From a virus (taxonomy: Duplodnaviria > Caudoviricetes), in IMG/VR virus record IMGVR_UViG_3300029288_000132, positions 1 to 64,000 of that record: a DNA stretch of 64,000 bases, one strand, 5' to 3'. The position numbers were made by a program, and so were the translations under genes. The notes under the pieces are model-generated. The model ran no database searches. It was not told the origin of the DNA and saw nothing but the letters and a program-made list of their open reading frames with translations. This document shows positions 18,369-28,269 of the stretch, one piece after another. How positions within the stretch are numbered: position 1 is the stretch's first letter; each line of letters starts with the position of its first letter.

Positions 18369-19383
18369 AGTGTTTTGATATCATATCGTCAAGGCCGACG
18401 AGCCAGTCTTGCCATTCTTTATTCATACCAGGTCTTCTAGCGAGCACTGCTGTTAGTCTTTGCAGTGCTACAGGGTTTGCTATATTAACCAACTTAGCTT
18501 GACATTCTTCTAGTGGCTTACAACGATTCATTTCGAGAAACTCCATGGCCTCTCGAAATTGTTCCGGGTGTGCTTTATTGCGCTTGATTTGTCTCCGTAG
18601 CGCGTGTTTGCCACGTAAGGTAGTAGTCGGATCATTATGATCGGCTGGTTCATGGTCTGTCTTATCATCAATTTGCCGACCAAGACTTGAAGATTGCGGC
18701 CCGATTTTATCGTGCTTCATCTGCCGTTGGACTCGCTTATTAAGGCTAGTCGGACTGGTTTCAGCTATAAACCGGTCAAAGTCTTCAGCAGTTATGGTTT
18801 TCTCATCGATCATCCGCAGTATGTTCTTGATCGATTCACTAACAGGTGTTGCGTCACAACACGTATTAAGATCGACGCCAAGAAGTAGTTTACTGTCTTC
18901 GGTTTGATAAGACCAGATATGGCCATTGGGACATCGCAATCCGTGGCCCCTTTCAAGATCCTCGGTAGTATGCTTGATGATATTACTACACCTGCATCGG
19001 GAGACCGATTTTTCGTTGCAAATAGGGCAGATATCCTTGGGCGATTCAGCCGACTCCGTTACCTCCGGCGTCTCGTCCTTCTTGATTTCTTTCTTGACTT
19101 CCTTCTCACCCTCTTTATAGTGTTCAACCTCATCTGGGGCAAGTTCATGTAAGACCTTTAAAAATTCACCAGCATGCACACGTTCTTCGTCGGTCACGCT
19201 CGTCAGCACTTTCTTAACGAGCTCATTGTCCGTCGCTTCCACAATTTGCATATACATCTGAGCTGCTTCATATTCAGCAGCTATAACAAAACGAATAGCT
19301 CTAATAAGTTCCTCAGTAGTCAGCTTCCTGCCGTTTAGAGGCTCTGAAAATGGTGATGCGAAATTTGGCATATTATTCTTCAT
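18346..19383 (-). CDS. Ferritin-like (EncFtn/rubrerythrin-type) domain fused to a Zn ribbon and a charged C-terminal region
   Basis: AAEYEAAQMY...DEERVHAGEF di-iron-type ligands; CPIC...CRC...CPNGH. Confidence 0.7.
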   Translation of the reverse strand: MKNNMPNFASPFSEPLNGRKLTTEELIRAIRFVIAAEYEAAQMYMQIVEATDNELVKKVLTSVTDEERVHAGEFLKVLHELAPDEVEHYKEGEKEVKKEIKKDETPEVTESAESPKDICPICNEKSVSRCRCSNIIKHTTEDLERGHGLRCPNGHIWSYQTEDSKLLLGVDLNTCCDATPVSESIKNILRMIDEKTITAEDFDRFIAETSPTSLNKRVQRQMKHDKIGPQSSSLGRQIDDKTDHEPADHNDPTTTLRGKHALRRQIKRNKAHPEQFREAMEFLEMNRCKPLEECQAKLVNIANPVALQRLTAVLARRPGMNKEWQDWLVGLDDMISKHYGKEING

Positions 19384-20407
19384 CCTGACAAAGAAATTGT
19401 TTCTTTAATTGCTTGTCGTGTTCGTTCTCATGACTTAAAGGTGAATCTGTAAACTCATGAGAACGAAGACGCAGCATTTTGATGAAACTATTGACTTGGA
19501 CACGAGATAACCCCGAGTACTCCACCAACTTACCTATCAAACCATCATATGGTTTGTCGTCCGTCTTGATCGCACGATATAATGCTTCTACGCATCGCAT
19601 ATGATCCTTATTATGTTTGCAAAGTTCAGACACTTCTAGGAAAAATCTCTTCAACCGATCTTCGTCAACTCTATTAGTATTACAGAGGTGATCCTTATAT
19701 GCCGTAGCGTTCTTCCTATCACGCCCTTCCTTCTTCACAAAGGCTAAAATAACGGTCCTACTGACCTGTGACCACATATTAAAGACTTTGGAATTACCCC
19801 TGAACAAAACTGTTACCGACCCGCCAAATGTTCCTTGCTTCGGCTCTACATCTGGATGCGAACTTAGTGCGATACCACAATATGGGCATTTAGGAGGATT
19901 CCTGCCGCTGCGGCCAATAACAAACTTCTTACTACCAGGAGGACAATATTTCGGGTCGAATAATTGGTCGAATGTGATTATGCTATATTCTGATTCGGCT
20001 GGAATATAAAGGGCAGAACTGATCGGTCTATCTGGATTATAACAATTCCTACAATGTGGCTTAGCCCTGAATTTATATAACGTTCGCTCGACCTGGACCC
20101 AAGCCGTCTGCACAAGATCGCCAAAGGCAGATTCTTCTTGCCCTGGATAAATCATATGCAGGTTCTGTTTTCTGATTATCTGTTTAATCAGCTCCGGGGC
20201 GTGAGTCATTATAGAATCACGTATGGCGACATCTGTACAATTAGTCCAAATGTAACGCCGAAGTTTATCCTCTACACACTCGTTGATGAAATAATGTTTC
20301 TTCGACAGCAGGGCTGGATCGTCAGGAAGAACCTCCTCTACATCGTCAGACTGGAACTCCGTCAACTCATCTAAATCGGCAGCGTCTAGATCTTCTTCAA
20401 TCAACAT
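19373..20407 (-). CDS. Putative late-transcription sigma factor (gp55/sigma region 2-like) with Zn-ribbon insertion
   Basis: IRDSIM...LIKQII...DLVQTAWVQVERTLYKF [insert] SKVFNMWSQVSRTVILAFVKKE follows the sigma2/gp55 pattern. Start revised to MLIEE (SD GGAG). Confidence 0.5.
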   Translation of the reverse strand: MLIEEDLDAADLDELTEFQSDDVEEVLPDDPALLSKKHYFINECVEDKLRRYIWTNCTDVAIRDSIMTHAPELIKQIIRKQNLHMIYPGQEESAFGDLVQTAWVQVERTLYKFRAKPHCRNCYNPDRPISSALYIPAESEYSIITFDQLFDPKYCPPGSKKFVIGRSGRNPPKCPYCGIALSSHPDVEPKQGTFGGSVTVLFRGNSKVFNMWSQVSRTVILAFVKKEGRDRKNATAYKDHLCNTNRVDEDRLKRFFLEVSELCKHNKDHMRCVEALYRAIKTDDKPYDGLIGKLVEYSGLSRVQVNSFIKMLRLRSHEFTDSPLSHENEHDKQLKKQFLCQDEE

Positions 20408-20493
20408 AATAGGGTTCTCCAAAAATTATTTACTTCTTGGAATGTTAAGTATTTAAGGAGTGTATTCAAATATGCAGATCCCAAAGACGGACC

Positions 20494-22122
20494 ATGATCG
20501 CGACAATAATCACCAATAAGACAATTCAGCTATCAAATCTAACTGCTTGGGAAGAAGAGATTATCGATGCCAGATTTAGTGCATCGCGTCCCAGCGCCAG
20601 ATATATTGATGTATCTGGCGGTTCAAGTTGGGATGGAATCTATCGCAAATACAACAGAGCTAACCAAACTATAGCACGACCTTTTCTGGGAGAATTACGT
20701 GCACTGTGTAAGGAGAAGGGTCTACAATTAGCTGTTATCGATAAAAGACCAAGGATGAAGTATAAACCGATAGATGCTTCTCTTATCACCGAAGATTTCT
20801 TGCCCGGCATCAAGCTGAAACCATTCCAGATTGAAGCTATCAAGACAATCTATAGGACAGAAGTAGGGGTTATCAATATTTCGATGGGTGGCGGTAAGGG
20901 GGAATTAATTGCGGGAATTTGTAAGGCGATGCCGTGTCCAACGGTAATCATAGCAGAACAAATTCAAGTTATCGAACAGCTTAAGCAACGACTCTTAATG
21001 CGTGAAGTATGTTCCGAACCTGGACTATTCTATGCCGGTAAAATGCCATCCGGGCAGCTCATTATAATTGGGTCAATCCAATCGTTAGTAAAACCAAAGC
21101 ATCGCCCAGAAAAGCCGCTGCTTGAGAACTTCAAGGATAGCAAATCTGGAACAGCTCAAAAGAAATTCGAGAAGGCATATAAGAATTTCGAAATCAAGCT
21201 TAAAGGATTTCGCAGCAGATGTAAGAAAGCCGAAACACTGCATAAGCTGATTGGTGCTTGCGAGATGTTGTTGGTTGATGAATCAGATCTGGCTACATCA
21301 TCAACATATAAGAACTTGTTCAGATTTTGGTTTAATGGTCGAAGAAGATATGGTATGACAGGCACCCCATATGATGCCGACAAGCCTGTTGAAAATCTCG
21401 TATTGCAAGAACACATGGGGTCGGTTATCTATGTCCAAAACAGAGAGGCGGTTGAGAAAACTGGTTTAACTGTTCCCATCACATATTATGCTCTAGCGTT
21501 CGGCGAAGACGGCAACAAAGATGATGCCTCTGCATTCGATATAGCCGTCAATGAAATGATAGTCTATAATGAAAAGTTCCATAAATTCATTGCCGCATTA
21601 TGCAAGCGATTCACCGATGAAGGTACATTAATCCTAGTTGAACGCGACGATCTAGGATACGCACTACAAAAACTAATACCAGATTCCGAATTCATACACG
21701 GAGAGACATCGAGAAAGAGAAGACCTGAAATTCTAAAAGACTTCGAATCACGTAAATTGAAGGTCCTAATTGGCGGCAAGAATGTCAGACGTGGCCTGGA
21801 CCTCAAAGGCGGATGTGAGAATCTGATATTAGCAACAGGCGGTAAGCTCGCATCAGAATTCAAACAGCGTGTAGCTAGAGCCGCTAGAGTTAATCAGAAA
21901 GGTAGTGCCAGAATATTCGATATCTACTTTATGTGTAATAAATATCTATATGCACATTCAAGGAAGCGATTTAAAGCAGCCGTCTCTGCCGGTTATGTAT
22001 CGAAGGTCATCTTCAACGATTGTAGCGTCGAAGGCGAGAAGTTCTTGAAATCTCGCTTCCATCGACCGAGAGCGAAGGCTAAAAAGACGAAAGATTTGCC
22101 CGGTCAGAAGAGACTATTCTAA
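20494..22122 (+). CDS. uvsW: SF2 helicase, UvsW-like
   Basis: LKPFQ, MGGGKG (motif I), VDESD (II), GMTGT (III), RGLD, QRVARAAR (VI). Confidence 0.85.
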   Translation: MIATIITNKTIQLSNLTAWEEEIIDARFSASRPSARYIDVSGGSSWDGIYRKYNRANQTIARPFLGELRALCKEKGLQLAVIDKRPRMKYKPIDASLITEDFLPGIKLKPFQIEAIKTIYRTEVGVINISMGGGKGELIAGICKAMPCPTVIIAEQIQVIEQLKQRLLMREVCSEPGLFYAGKMPSGQLIIIGSIQSLVKPKHRPEKPLLENFKDSKSGTAQKKFEKAYKNFEIKLKGFRSRCKKAETLHKLIGACEMLLVDESDLATSSTYKNLFRFWFNGRRRYGMTGTPYDADKPVENLVLQEHMGSVIYVQNREAVEKTGLTVPITYYALAFGEDGNKDDASAFDIAVNEMIVYNEKFHKFIAALCKRFTDEGTLILVERDDLGYALQKLIPDSEFIHGETSRKRRPEILKDFESRKLKVLIGGKNVRRGLDLKGGCENLILATGGKLASEFKQRVARAARVNQKGSARIFDIYFMCNKYLYAHSRKRFKAAVSAGYVSKVIFNDCSVEGEKFLKSRFHRPRAKAKKTKDLPGQKRLF

Positions 22123-22398
22123 ACTCGTTTTATTTGACCAAGCATTTCCATTCCAAAAGCACTCGGTACCGTCATCTAAGACGTAAGGTTTCTTTCCGGT
22201 GCAGATCGCATCAACATCTTTTTCATTAAACCAGCGTTCGCCTATCATATACATCGGTTCGCCGCCTATTGGAGCCGCCATAAAACCTCTGACTGGGCGT
22301 TCGCCTATCATATACATCGGTTCGCCGCCTATTGGAGCCGCCATAAAGCCATTAAATCTGGCAAACGTCGCCATCGCAGAATTTTGTGCCGATAGCAT
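22114..22398 (-). CDS. Hypothetical protein with internal duplication
   Basis: FMAAPIGGEPMYMIGER occurs twice. Confidence 0.5.
   Translation of the reverse strand: MLSAQNSAMATFARFNGFMAAPIGGEPMYMIGERPVRGFMAAPIGGEPMYMIGERWFNEKDVDAICTGKKPYVLDDGTECFWNGNAWSNKTSLE
22234..22347. repeat. Perfect 51-bp direct repeat, two copies, period 63 bp
   Basis: gcgttcgcctatcatatacatcggttcgccgcctattggagccgccataaa at 22234-22284 and 22297-22347. Confidence 0.95.
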
Positions 22399-24490
22399 CT
22401 TCCATGAAGTATTTGTCGAAATTGAGCGGCTTCAATTTCGCATTATATGCTGCTACTTCTTCCGCTGTCGCTGGTTGATATGGCGATTGCGGGAAGCCGT
22501 GATCGAGATATGGCAGGAAGCTAATGCCTTTGAGTTCATCGTCGAACTCTTCTAAGACGTACGGCAAATCCTTTGCTTCTTCTGGTCTAAATTGAATTGT
22601 GCATGATATTTGGTTGTCAGCCCAATATCGCTGATAATCGACAGCATTTTTCATTTGCTGCCATATCGAGATTTCACACACCGATGGGATATCTGGTTCT
22701 GACACACCAAAACGCACAATGCTGGTCTTGTTGTCTGTGATGCATTCTTCAACATGATATCCGGCTTCGATGACTGCTTTGAGTAATGCGCTCTCGCTGG
22801 AAACACGGACGTTTCGCCAATATGATCGCGTTGGTGCGATTGTGAAATGAATACCAGCTGTAGCACCAGCCACCAATGATACCGAGCCACTTGGCTTCAC
22901 ACTAGTACGTTTAAGCGACTTGCTCACACACAGCCATTCAGAGTAAATTTCGTCCCACTTGCAGATAACACCATATCCCTTGCTGCAGAAGTCGGTCAGG
23001 ACTTTACGGCGACCAAATTTGGCGAATGCTTGAACAATGCCGCTTTGCGATAAACCAATACGCCTATTACGTAATAACACTGCGTTGGTTTTCTTGCAGT
23101 GTGTCGGCAATAGCGTAACCGTCTTGGCGTACAAGTATGCAAATTTCAATGTCCGATGGTAGTCTTCGGCATCCTGGTGATGAGCCGGGAACGTTTCACA
23201 CAAACAGCATAACTCAGCGTCTTCTAATGATTGTTCACCGCATGGGTTTGTCCCAAGTGCTCTTTTGTCGATACCTTCTTGGCGACCATCAACCATGCGG
23301 CCAAAATTCTGTACATTATCGAGCCATAAACATCCAGGTTCACCATTCCCGGCGATCTGTTTTGCTACGCCATGGTAGTCCATCCCGACCGTAGCAAAAA
23401 TCGAATTATTTGAAGCCCAGCGATGAGATTCAAGCTGCTCACTATGGAGCGTCTTATCCTTCATCGTCATATAATCCCAATCAGCAGGATCACCAAGGGC
23501 GATTTCGCTTGACCTGCGTACGTTACCAGCAACAACGCATCTGCCAATGAAATTCATAAAGTCGACAATATCGACGCTAGTTAGAAGTTGGCTCTTACGT
23601 CGTAGGATATTATTAAAATGGTGCGTGACCATTTTATGCAAACCATGTAAAGTGTCAGGCCCGCTAGCCTTACCACCAAATCCCTTTATCTCTGACCCCG
23701 CTGGTCTGATAGCAGAATAGTCAAACTTAAGTGTCCCAAGATCTGGGCGATTTGTGAATGATTCAATCAATGCTCGTAATGAATCAACCCAACCTTCCCG
23801 TGAGTCTTCGATTCCCCACGGAGTCTCTGTATCGTGTGGTTTAACGACAGTTATCTTATTTGCACCACGTGTATCGAATCCGACACCAACACCAAGCATA
23901 GACATATCCATAACAAAGCAGAATGGCCAAGCTGGGTCTTCCGCGATATCCTTGGTACTACAATATCCACAGTTGTTGAGGCTTGCAGAACCCAACTTCC
24001 ACATATGTGGAGTGCCCATTACCCACAGGCCACGGCCAGGCGGTAAAAACTTGAAGTCCCACATACGTTGGAACATTTCTTGTGCGGACTTTTGAGCTTT
24101 TGATCGCGTCCACGGCAACGCCATACCACCGAAAGCGATGTTGTCTTCTTTGTCGCTCTCACTCTTATTCTTATTCTTGTCGTTCTTACTCTTGCTGCAC
24201 CACACACGCTGAATTTCGTAGCAGCCTTCAACAACACGCTGCAACATATCAACAAACGTCTCCTTAGTGCCATCTTCTTTGAGACGTGAATATGTGCGAT
24301 AGAAAACAAACTCACCAAGACCGTTATATCCGAATTTAGGCTTTTTACCGGTGAACTTGGCTATGAACGCAGGGTCCAATTTAAACGGCGAATCATCACT
24401 TACCGTCTTGCGCCCATTCTTGGAAACCGGGTTTTTATAAGTTTTTGGTGTTGGTTTAACTATCGTTGTTGACACAGTACCATTCTCCAA
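22352..24490 (-). CDS. nrdJ: Class II (AdoCbl-dependent) ribonucleotide reductase, monomeric RTPR type
   Basis: YRTYSR, FLPPGRGLW, LNNC, GVGVGFD, VVAGNVRRS, TNPCGEQ.L, CCLCE, RRIGLS, TSVKPSG. Probable start GTG 24475. Confidence 0.93.
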   Translation of the reverse strand: MENGTVSTTIVKPTPKTYKNPVSKNGRKTVSDDSPFKLDPAFIAKFTGKKPKFGYNGLGEFVFYRTYSRLKEDGTKETFVDMLQRVVEGCYEIQRVWCSKSKNDKNKNKSESDKEDNIAFGGMALPWTRSKAQKSAQEMFQRMWDFKFLPPGRGLWVMGTPHMWKLGSASLNNCGYCSTKDIAEDPAWPFCFVMDMSMLGVGVGFDTRGANKITVVKPHDTETPWGIEDSREGWVDSLRALIESFTNRPDLGTLKFDYSAIRPAGSEIKGFGGKASGPDTLHGLHKMVTHHFNNILRRKSQLLTSVDIVDFMNFIGRCVVAGNVRRSSEIALGDPADWDYMTMKDKTLHSEQLESHRWASNNSIFATVGMDYHGVAKQIAGNGEPGCLWLDNVQNFGRMVDGRQEGIDKRALGTNPCGEQSLEDAELCCLCETFPAHHQDAEDYHRTLKFAYLYAKTVTLLPTHCKKTNAVLLRNRRIGLSQSGIVQAFAKFGRRKVLTDFCSKGYGVICKWDEIYSEWLCVSKSLKRTSVKPSGSVSLVAGATAGIHFTIAPTRSYWRNVRVSSESALLKAVIEAGYHVEECITDNKTSIVRFGVSEPDIPSVCEISIWQQMKNAVDYQRYWADNQISCTIQFRPEEAKDLPYVLEEFDDELKGISFLPYLDHGFPQSPYQPATAEEVAAYNAKLKPLNFDKYFMEDAIGTKFCDGDVCQI

Positions 24491-25131
24491 TCATCATCTA
24501 ATATTGATTTTGCTTTTGCTCGAAAATCGCCATCTTTCGTGAGGTTGATGGCCAAACAGTACAACTCTGATTCTGTCGGTAGCAAAATGCGTTCGTGTGG
24601 TGCTACTATTGCAAGCTTTGACAAAGCTTCGGTGCACGCAACCGACATAGCCAAATATGCTTCGGTGATATCCCCACTCTTATACCACCTTACAATATTT
24701 CGCAACTTGCCAAATGACTCACGATTCAACAACAAAGCAGCAGCGGATTTGCTATTGCATCTATCATTGATAAACTTATGTACGGTGTTTAACTGTGTGA
24801 GGCAATTTGAAGAGCTGGCTGCGTGTTTCTGCATGCGATCAAAGCATACATCCATCATATTACCTTGAAAGAATACAGATAAACCTTTGTGTAATAATTT
24901 CTTCTCTTTCATATAACCAACCGCGAAATTGATAAATGCTCTTGCTGTTGGCTTATCTAATTCCCACTCATCAATCTTATTAGCTAGTCTTGTGATATAT
25001 CTCCATTGGTAGGTCTTCTTTGGATCGGTATTCTTTGGAAACGACAACCTCACACCCTGTGTTGCGAACGCTTCTTGGCACCATTTCCACGTTCGCATTA
25101 CAGTTGTGGGAGATTCTAGTATTTGAGTCAT
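24460..25131 (-). CDS. Hypothetical protein
   Basis: 223-aa ORF overlapping the nrdJ start region. Confidence 0.6.
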   Translation of the reverse strand: MTQILESPTTVMRTWKWCQEAFATQGVRLSFPKNTDPKKTYQWRYITRLANKIDEWELDKPTARAFINFAVGYMKEKKLLHKGLSVFFQGNMMDVCFDRMQKHAASSSNCLTQLNTVHKFINDRCNSKSAAALLLNRESFGKLRNIVRWYKSGDITEAYLAMSVACTEALSKLAIVAPHERILLPTESELYCLAINLTKDGDFRAKAKSILDDDWRMVLCQQR

Positions 25132-25173
25132 TTAGTTCGCCTTTTGATACCACTCTAATACAAGAAGACACTC

Positions 25174-25467
25174 ATGGCAAAATCAGAGAAAGATAGCGTT
25201 AAGAAACCTCAAGAAAAAGTCACTGAGGAAGCACCACCAATTGACGCACGGGTAGAGTTTGAACAGCGATTTGATTTTTTTATGACTCAATTCCGCACAG
25301 TTTGTGAAGAAGCCAAAGTACCTATTGCGATAGCTATAGTCGTCGATGCTGAAAACCCGACAACTCCATTTATTTACAATCATGGTCACATATATGATCA
25401 AGCATCGATTTTAGCAAGCGTACTACGTGATTTAAAACGCAAGATAATAGAAGACATATCCGCTTAA
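25174..25467 (+). CDS. Hypothetical protein
   Basis: 97-aa ORF converging on the next gene. Confidence 0.6.
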   Translation: MAKSEKDSVKKPQEKVTEEAPPIDARVEFEQRFDFFMTQFRTVCEEAKVPIAIAIVVDAENPTTPFIYNHGHIYDQASILASVLRDLKRKIIEDISA

Positions 25468-25871
25468 ACCATTGCATCGACAAATAATTGCGCTATCTTA
25501 GCACGCAATGTGTCGTATGGTAATGCGTCGTAGCATTCAAGCAATATCCTACATATAGGATTATGTTTATCAATCTCTAATCGGTGAATGAAGAGATCTA
25601 AAGACGGGGGGCATCGCAAACTAATAAATGACTGCCCCCAAGTTCTATCTATCTCTCGGATGACTGGTGGGGCCAATAAATCAGATTCATCTCCGTATGT
25701 GCCGCGAATCGCTCCTTCAACAGAGGCTAGAACTTTATTCTTCGATGCACATAAGTATGCTTTTGTAGGATCTTGGTCAAATACGATTAACCACATCGGG
25801 ATAATCTTACCGTTTAACGTTAGCTCGTGCGATTCACTCGGTAGAAATTCCACCGGTAGTCCGCCTTTCAA
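25464..25871 (-). CDS. Hypothetical protein
   Basis: 135-aa ORF co-oriented with the baseplate cluster. Confidence 0.55.
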   Translation of the reverse strand: MKGGLPVEFLPSESHELTLNGKIIPMWLIVFDQDPTKAYLCASKNKVLASVEGAIRGTYGDESDLLAPPVIREIDRTWGQSFISLRCPPSLDLFIHRLEIDKHNPICRILLECYDALPYDTLRAKIAQLFVDAMV

Positions 25872-26196
25872 TATCGTTGTTGTCTAACGCTACCCAATAA
25901 ATTTCGATGGTATCAGAATCTGCAAGAGCCTCAAATTTATGCCATACACCCGGCGGTACATCGGTACACATTCCATCCGTTAATACGGTCTCATCTGCAA
26001 TCTCACCACTAAGAATGGTAATTTTCATCTTCCCTCGAAGAACGAAGAATCGAGAGAATTTACATGCATGACGATGTTCTGAACAATAACCGCGTGCAAA
26101 TGAAGTCAATCTGTTGACATCTATGCCGTTAAAATTGAATATACTCTGCGTTGTACCCCACGCCTTACCTTGGACTGGACCGATTGGTATGCTCAT
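25834..26196 (-). CDS. Cupin-fold protein
   Basis: KAWG, CSEHRH, FFVLRG, VPPGVWHKF, IEIY cupin motifs. Confidence 0.75.
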   Translation of the reverse strand: MSIPIGPVQGKAWGTTQSIFNFNGIDVNRLTSFARGYCSEHRHACKFSRFFVLRGKMKITILSGEIADETVLTDGMCTDVPPGVWHKFEALADSDTIEIYWVALDNNDIERRTTGGISTE

Positions 26197-26202
26197 AATG
26201 GA

Positions 26203-27819
26203 TTAGATACGTGATTTCTCATAGAAGAATTTCACGTTGCGATCGCCTTCCACGATAATTTCATTTATACCAACACCAGTGGTATCGGTCGGGTCAGCGA
26301 GTTTATTGGTTTGAAGAATGTTGTTCGCTGGACTAAACAAATCGACGTATGAAACACCATCAACTTTCGATACAGTTTCAATGATATCTGATACGTACAA
26401 CGGTTGTCCAAGGTCTCTATTATCTACGTTAAAAAACGAGTCTAAGGCTGCATTTACGTTCGTACGAACAACTGATGCGTCGGCATTTTTACTAACTACA
26501 ACAGTCATATCAGTAGTAATAGATTTAATTGCACCATCAAGAACACTCACAGTATCAGTCAATACATTATATCCACTAACATAAGTCTGTACAGCCTGTT
26601 TAAGACCTAAACTTGGCGTAACCAGACCGGTTGCACCATATGCTAGTATATACAGTTCAACCAGATTTGCATTGAGATCTGTACGCACCGTAGCAACAGC
26701 CTTTGCAACAGATCCATATACAGGACTTGCAAAACTGCTAACAACTTGTGCATAATCAGAGCTAGTGGTAATACTAGCTGGTCTATCAGAAGCAAAAGCT
26801 CTCACCACAAAATCGCGTGGTGCTCGTTTCTTAGCTTGCTCCATCGTTTCTCTGTCGGTCCCTCCGGAGCTAGCAACCAAATTCCTAAATGTGATTTGAA
26901 CTGGTGCAGTAGCCGGTGATGGAGGTGATATCGACCTCGATTCATTTATTGCATAGCTTCCGATCCTGCCTCTTACACCTCCACCGATACGATAATTAAC
27001 TACGATTTGTTGACCGGCTAGTGGTGCTTTTCCGTTGATATCGTCGCCAAATAGTAAATCAATCCTATCGGAATAATACGTAATATTAACGACTTCTGCG
27101 TCTGCCGAATATGTTTCGAGTGGATTTGTCGTAACTGTCCACGATACCGGTGAATCACCGGTATAAACATCGACAGTTATTGGCTCTTGTAGAATATTAG
27201 CTACCTTAATAGAGAATGCTTGATTTGGGCCACCTGGACTATATAAATTAGCTGGACCTGCGAATCGCCCTTCAATACCATAGCCTATAACGCCACGCTT
27301 ACCGGCAGGTATGGTTAATGGGCTCTTAAAATCACCAGGAGCACGAAATAGCTCATAATATACCGGTTGCCCGTCTGGACCTGCGATTGTGAATCTTGCA
27401 CCAGCATCGATATCAATATTTATCGTCAAAGCTGATTGTACTGCAACTTCGATATCGACCACTGCTGGTGTTTGCGATTTGATCGTCTGATTAATCAATG
27501 CAAGATGTTCAATGAGTGCGGTTTCAGTCTGGCATGTCGGAAGAAATGATTCATTCGAAAGCAAGTCAGATCTTAGGCTTAATTTTGCTACATTATTGGC
27601 CTGGGTTTCAATCAGCATCATGATGCCACTATGAGCAACCCAATCATTGTAATCGTTTGGATAATATGTACGGATATACTCTATAATCGCACGTCGAGAC
27701 GTATCGAAATCCAATGCACTAAAATCGATACGACGTAGCTTAGCCGGTGGCAACATGACGTCGAATTCGTCAGGCGTCAGCGGCAACTTGAACATTGTGT
27801 TTTCTAATTCGTCGCTCAT
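26203..27819 (-). CDS. Baseplate wedge protein (T4 gp6 / baseplate J-like)
   Basis: IDFSALDFD...YPNDYNDW, YRIGGGVRG, SSGGTDRET...K.RAP, TSSDY, LGQPLYVSDI. Confidence 0.88.
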   Translation of the reverse strand: MSDELENTMFKLPLTPDEFDVMLPPAKLRRIDFSALDFDTSRRAIIEYIRTYYPNDYNDWVAHSGIMMLIETQANNVAKLSLRSDLLSNESFLPTCQTETALIEHLALINQTIKSQTPAVVDIEVAVQSALTINIDIDAGARFTIAGPDGQPVYYELFRAPGDFKSPLTIPAGKRGVIGYGIEGRFAGPANLYSPGGPNQAFSIKVANILQEPITVDVYTGDSPVSWTVTTNPLETYSADAEVVNITYYSDRIDLLFGDDINGKAPLAGQQIVVNYRIGGGVRGRIGSYAINESRSISPPSPATAPVQITFRNLVASSGGTDRETMEQAKKRAPRDFVVRAFASDRPASITTSSDYAQVVSSFASPVYGSVAKAVATVRTDLNANLVELYILAYGATGLVTPSLGLKQAVQTYVSGYNVLTDTVSVLDGAIKSITTDMTVVVSKNADASVVRTNVNAALDSFFNVDNRDLGQPLYVSDIIETVSKVDGVSYVDLFSPANNILQTNKLADPTDTTGVGINEIIVEGDRNVKFFYEKSRI

Positions 27820-28259
27820 ATCGCGGCTCCAGGGGCTGGTATCGAGGTATTCAGTAAGAACTGTTCTGTTGGTGCGTAACTCATATTACCCATTACAGTT
27901 ACCTTTAATAGCAAATCCGCAGGAACAGTTTCCAATTGAACATCGACATTGATCAATCTTGGTTCATTTGTGCTTAATGCTGTTAGTATGTTAGTACGTA
28001 AATCTGCTAACACCTCGTCCGTCATCGGCTCAAACACAGTAGATCGCAGAGTCGTTCCAAATCTCGGTCTTTGGACACGCTCACCTGGTATCGTAAGCAA
28101 TAATTGTAATACATCGTTTTTCACAAGACGCAAATCAGACTGGCGTGGTAGTATACCTCGATATCGATTGGGTTCCGAATCCGACTGATTTGTGTTAGCA
28201 AATGTCTGCACAGCGTTGAGGAAGGGCGGGTTAAAGCCGAAATATGTTGCTTTACTCAT
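27816..28259 (-). CDS. Baseplate wedge subunit (T4 gp25-like)
   Basis: LLLTIPGERVQRPRFGTTL..VFEP...EPR. Confidence 0.9.
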   Translation of the reverse strand: MSKATYFGFNPPFLNAVQTFANTNQSDSEPNRYRGILPRQSDLRLVKNDVLQLLLTIPGERVQRPRFGTTLRSTVFEPMTDEVLADLRTNILTALSTNEPRLINVDVQLETVPADLLLKVTVMGNMSYAPTEQFLLNTSIPAPGAAI

Positions 28260-28269
28260 GCTACACCTC

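Noticed and set aside
22234-22347. Possible mini-CRISPR array
   Set aside because: Only two 51-bp copies with a 12-bp spacer, in frame within an ORF, and no cas genes.
15826-24490. Introns or inteins in terL, uvsW and nrdJ
   Set aside because: ORFs are continuous, of normal size, and lack intein motifs.
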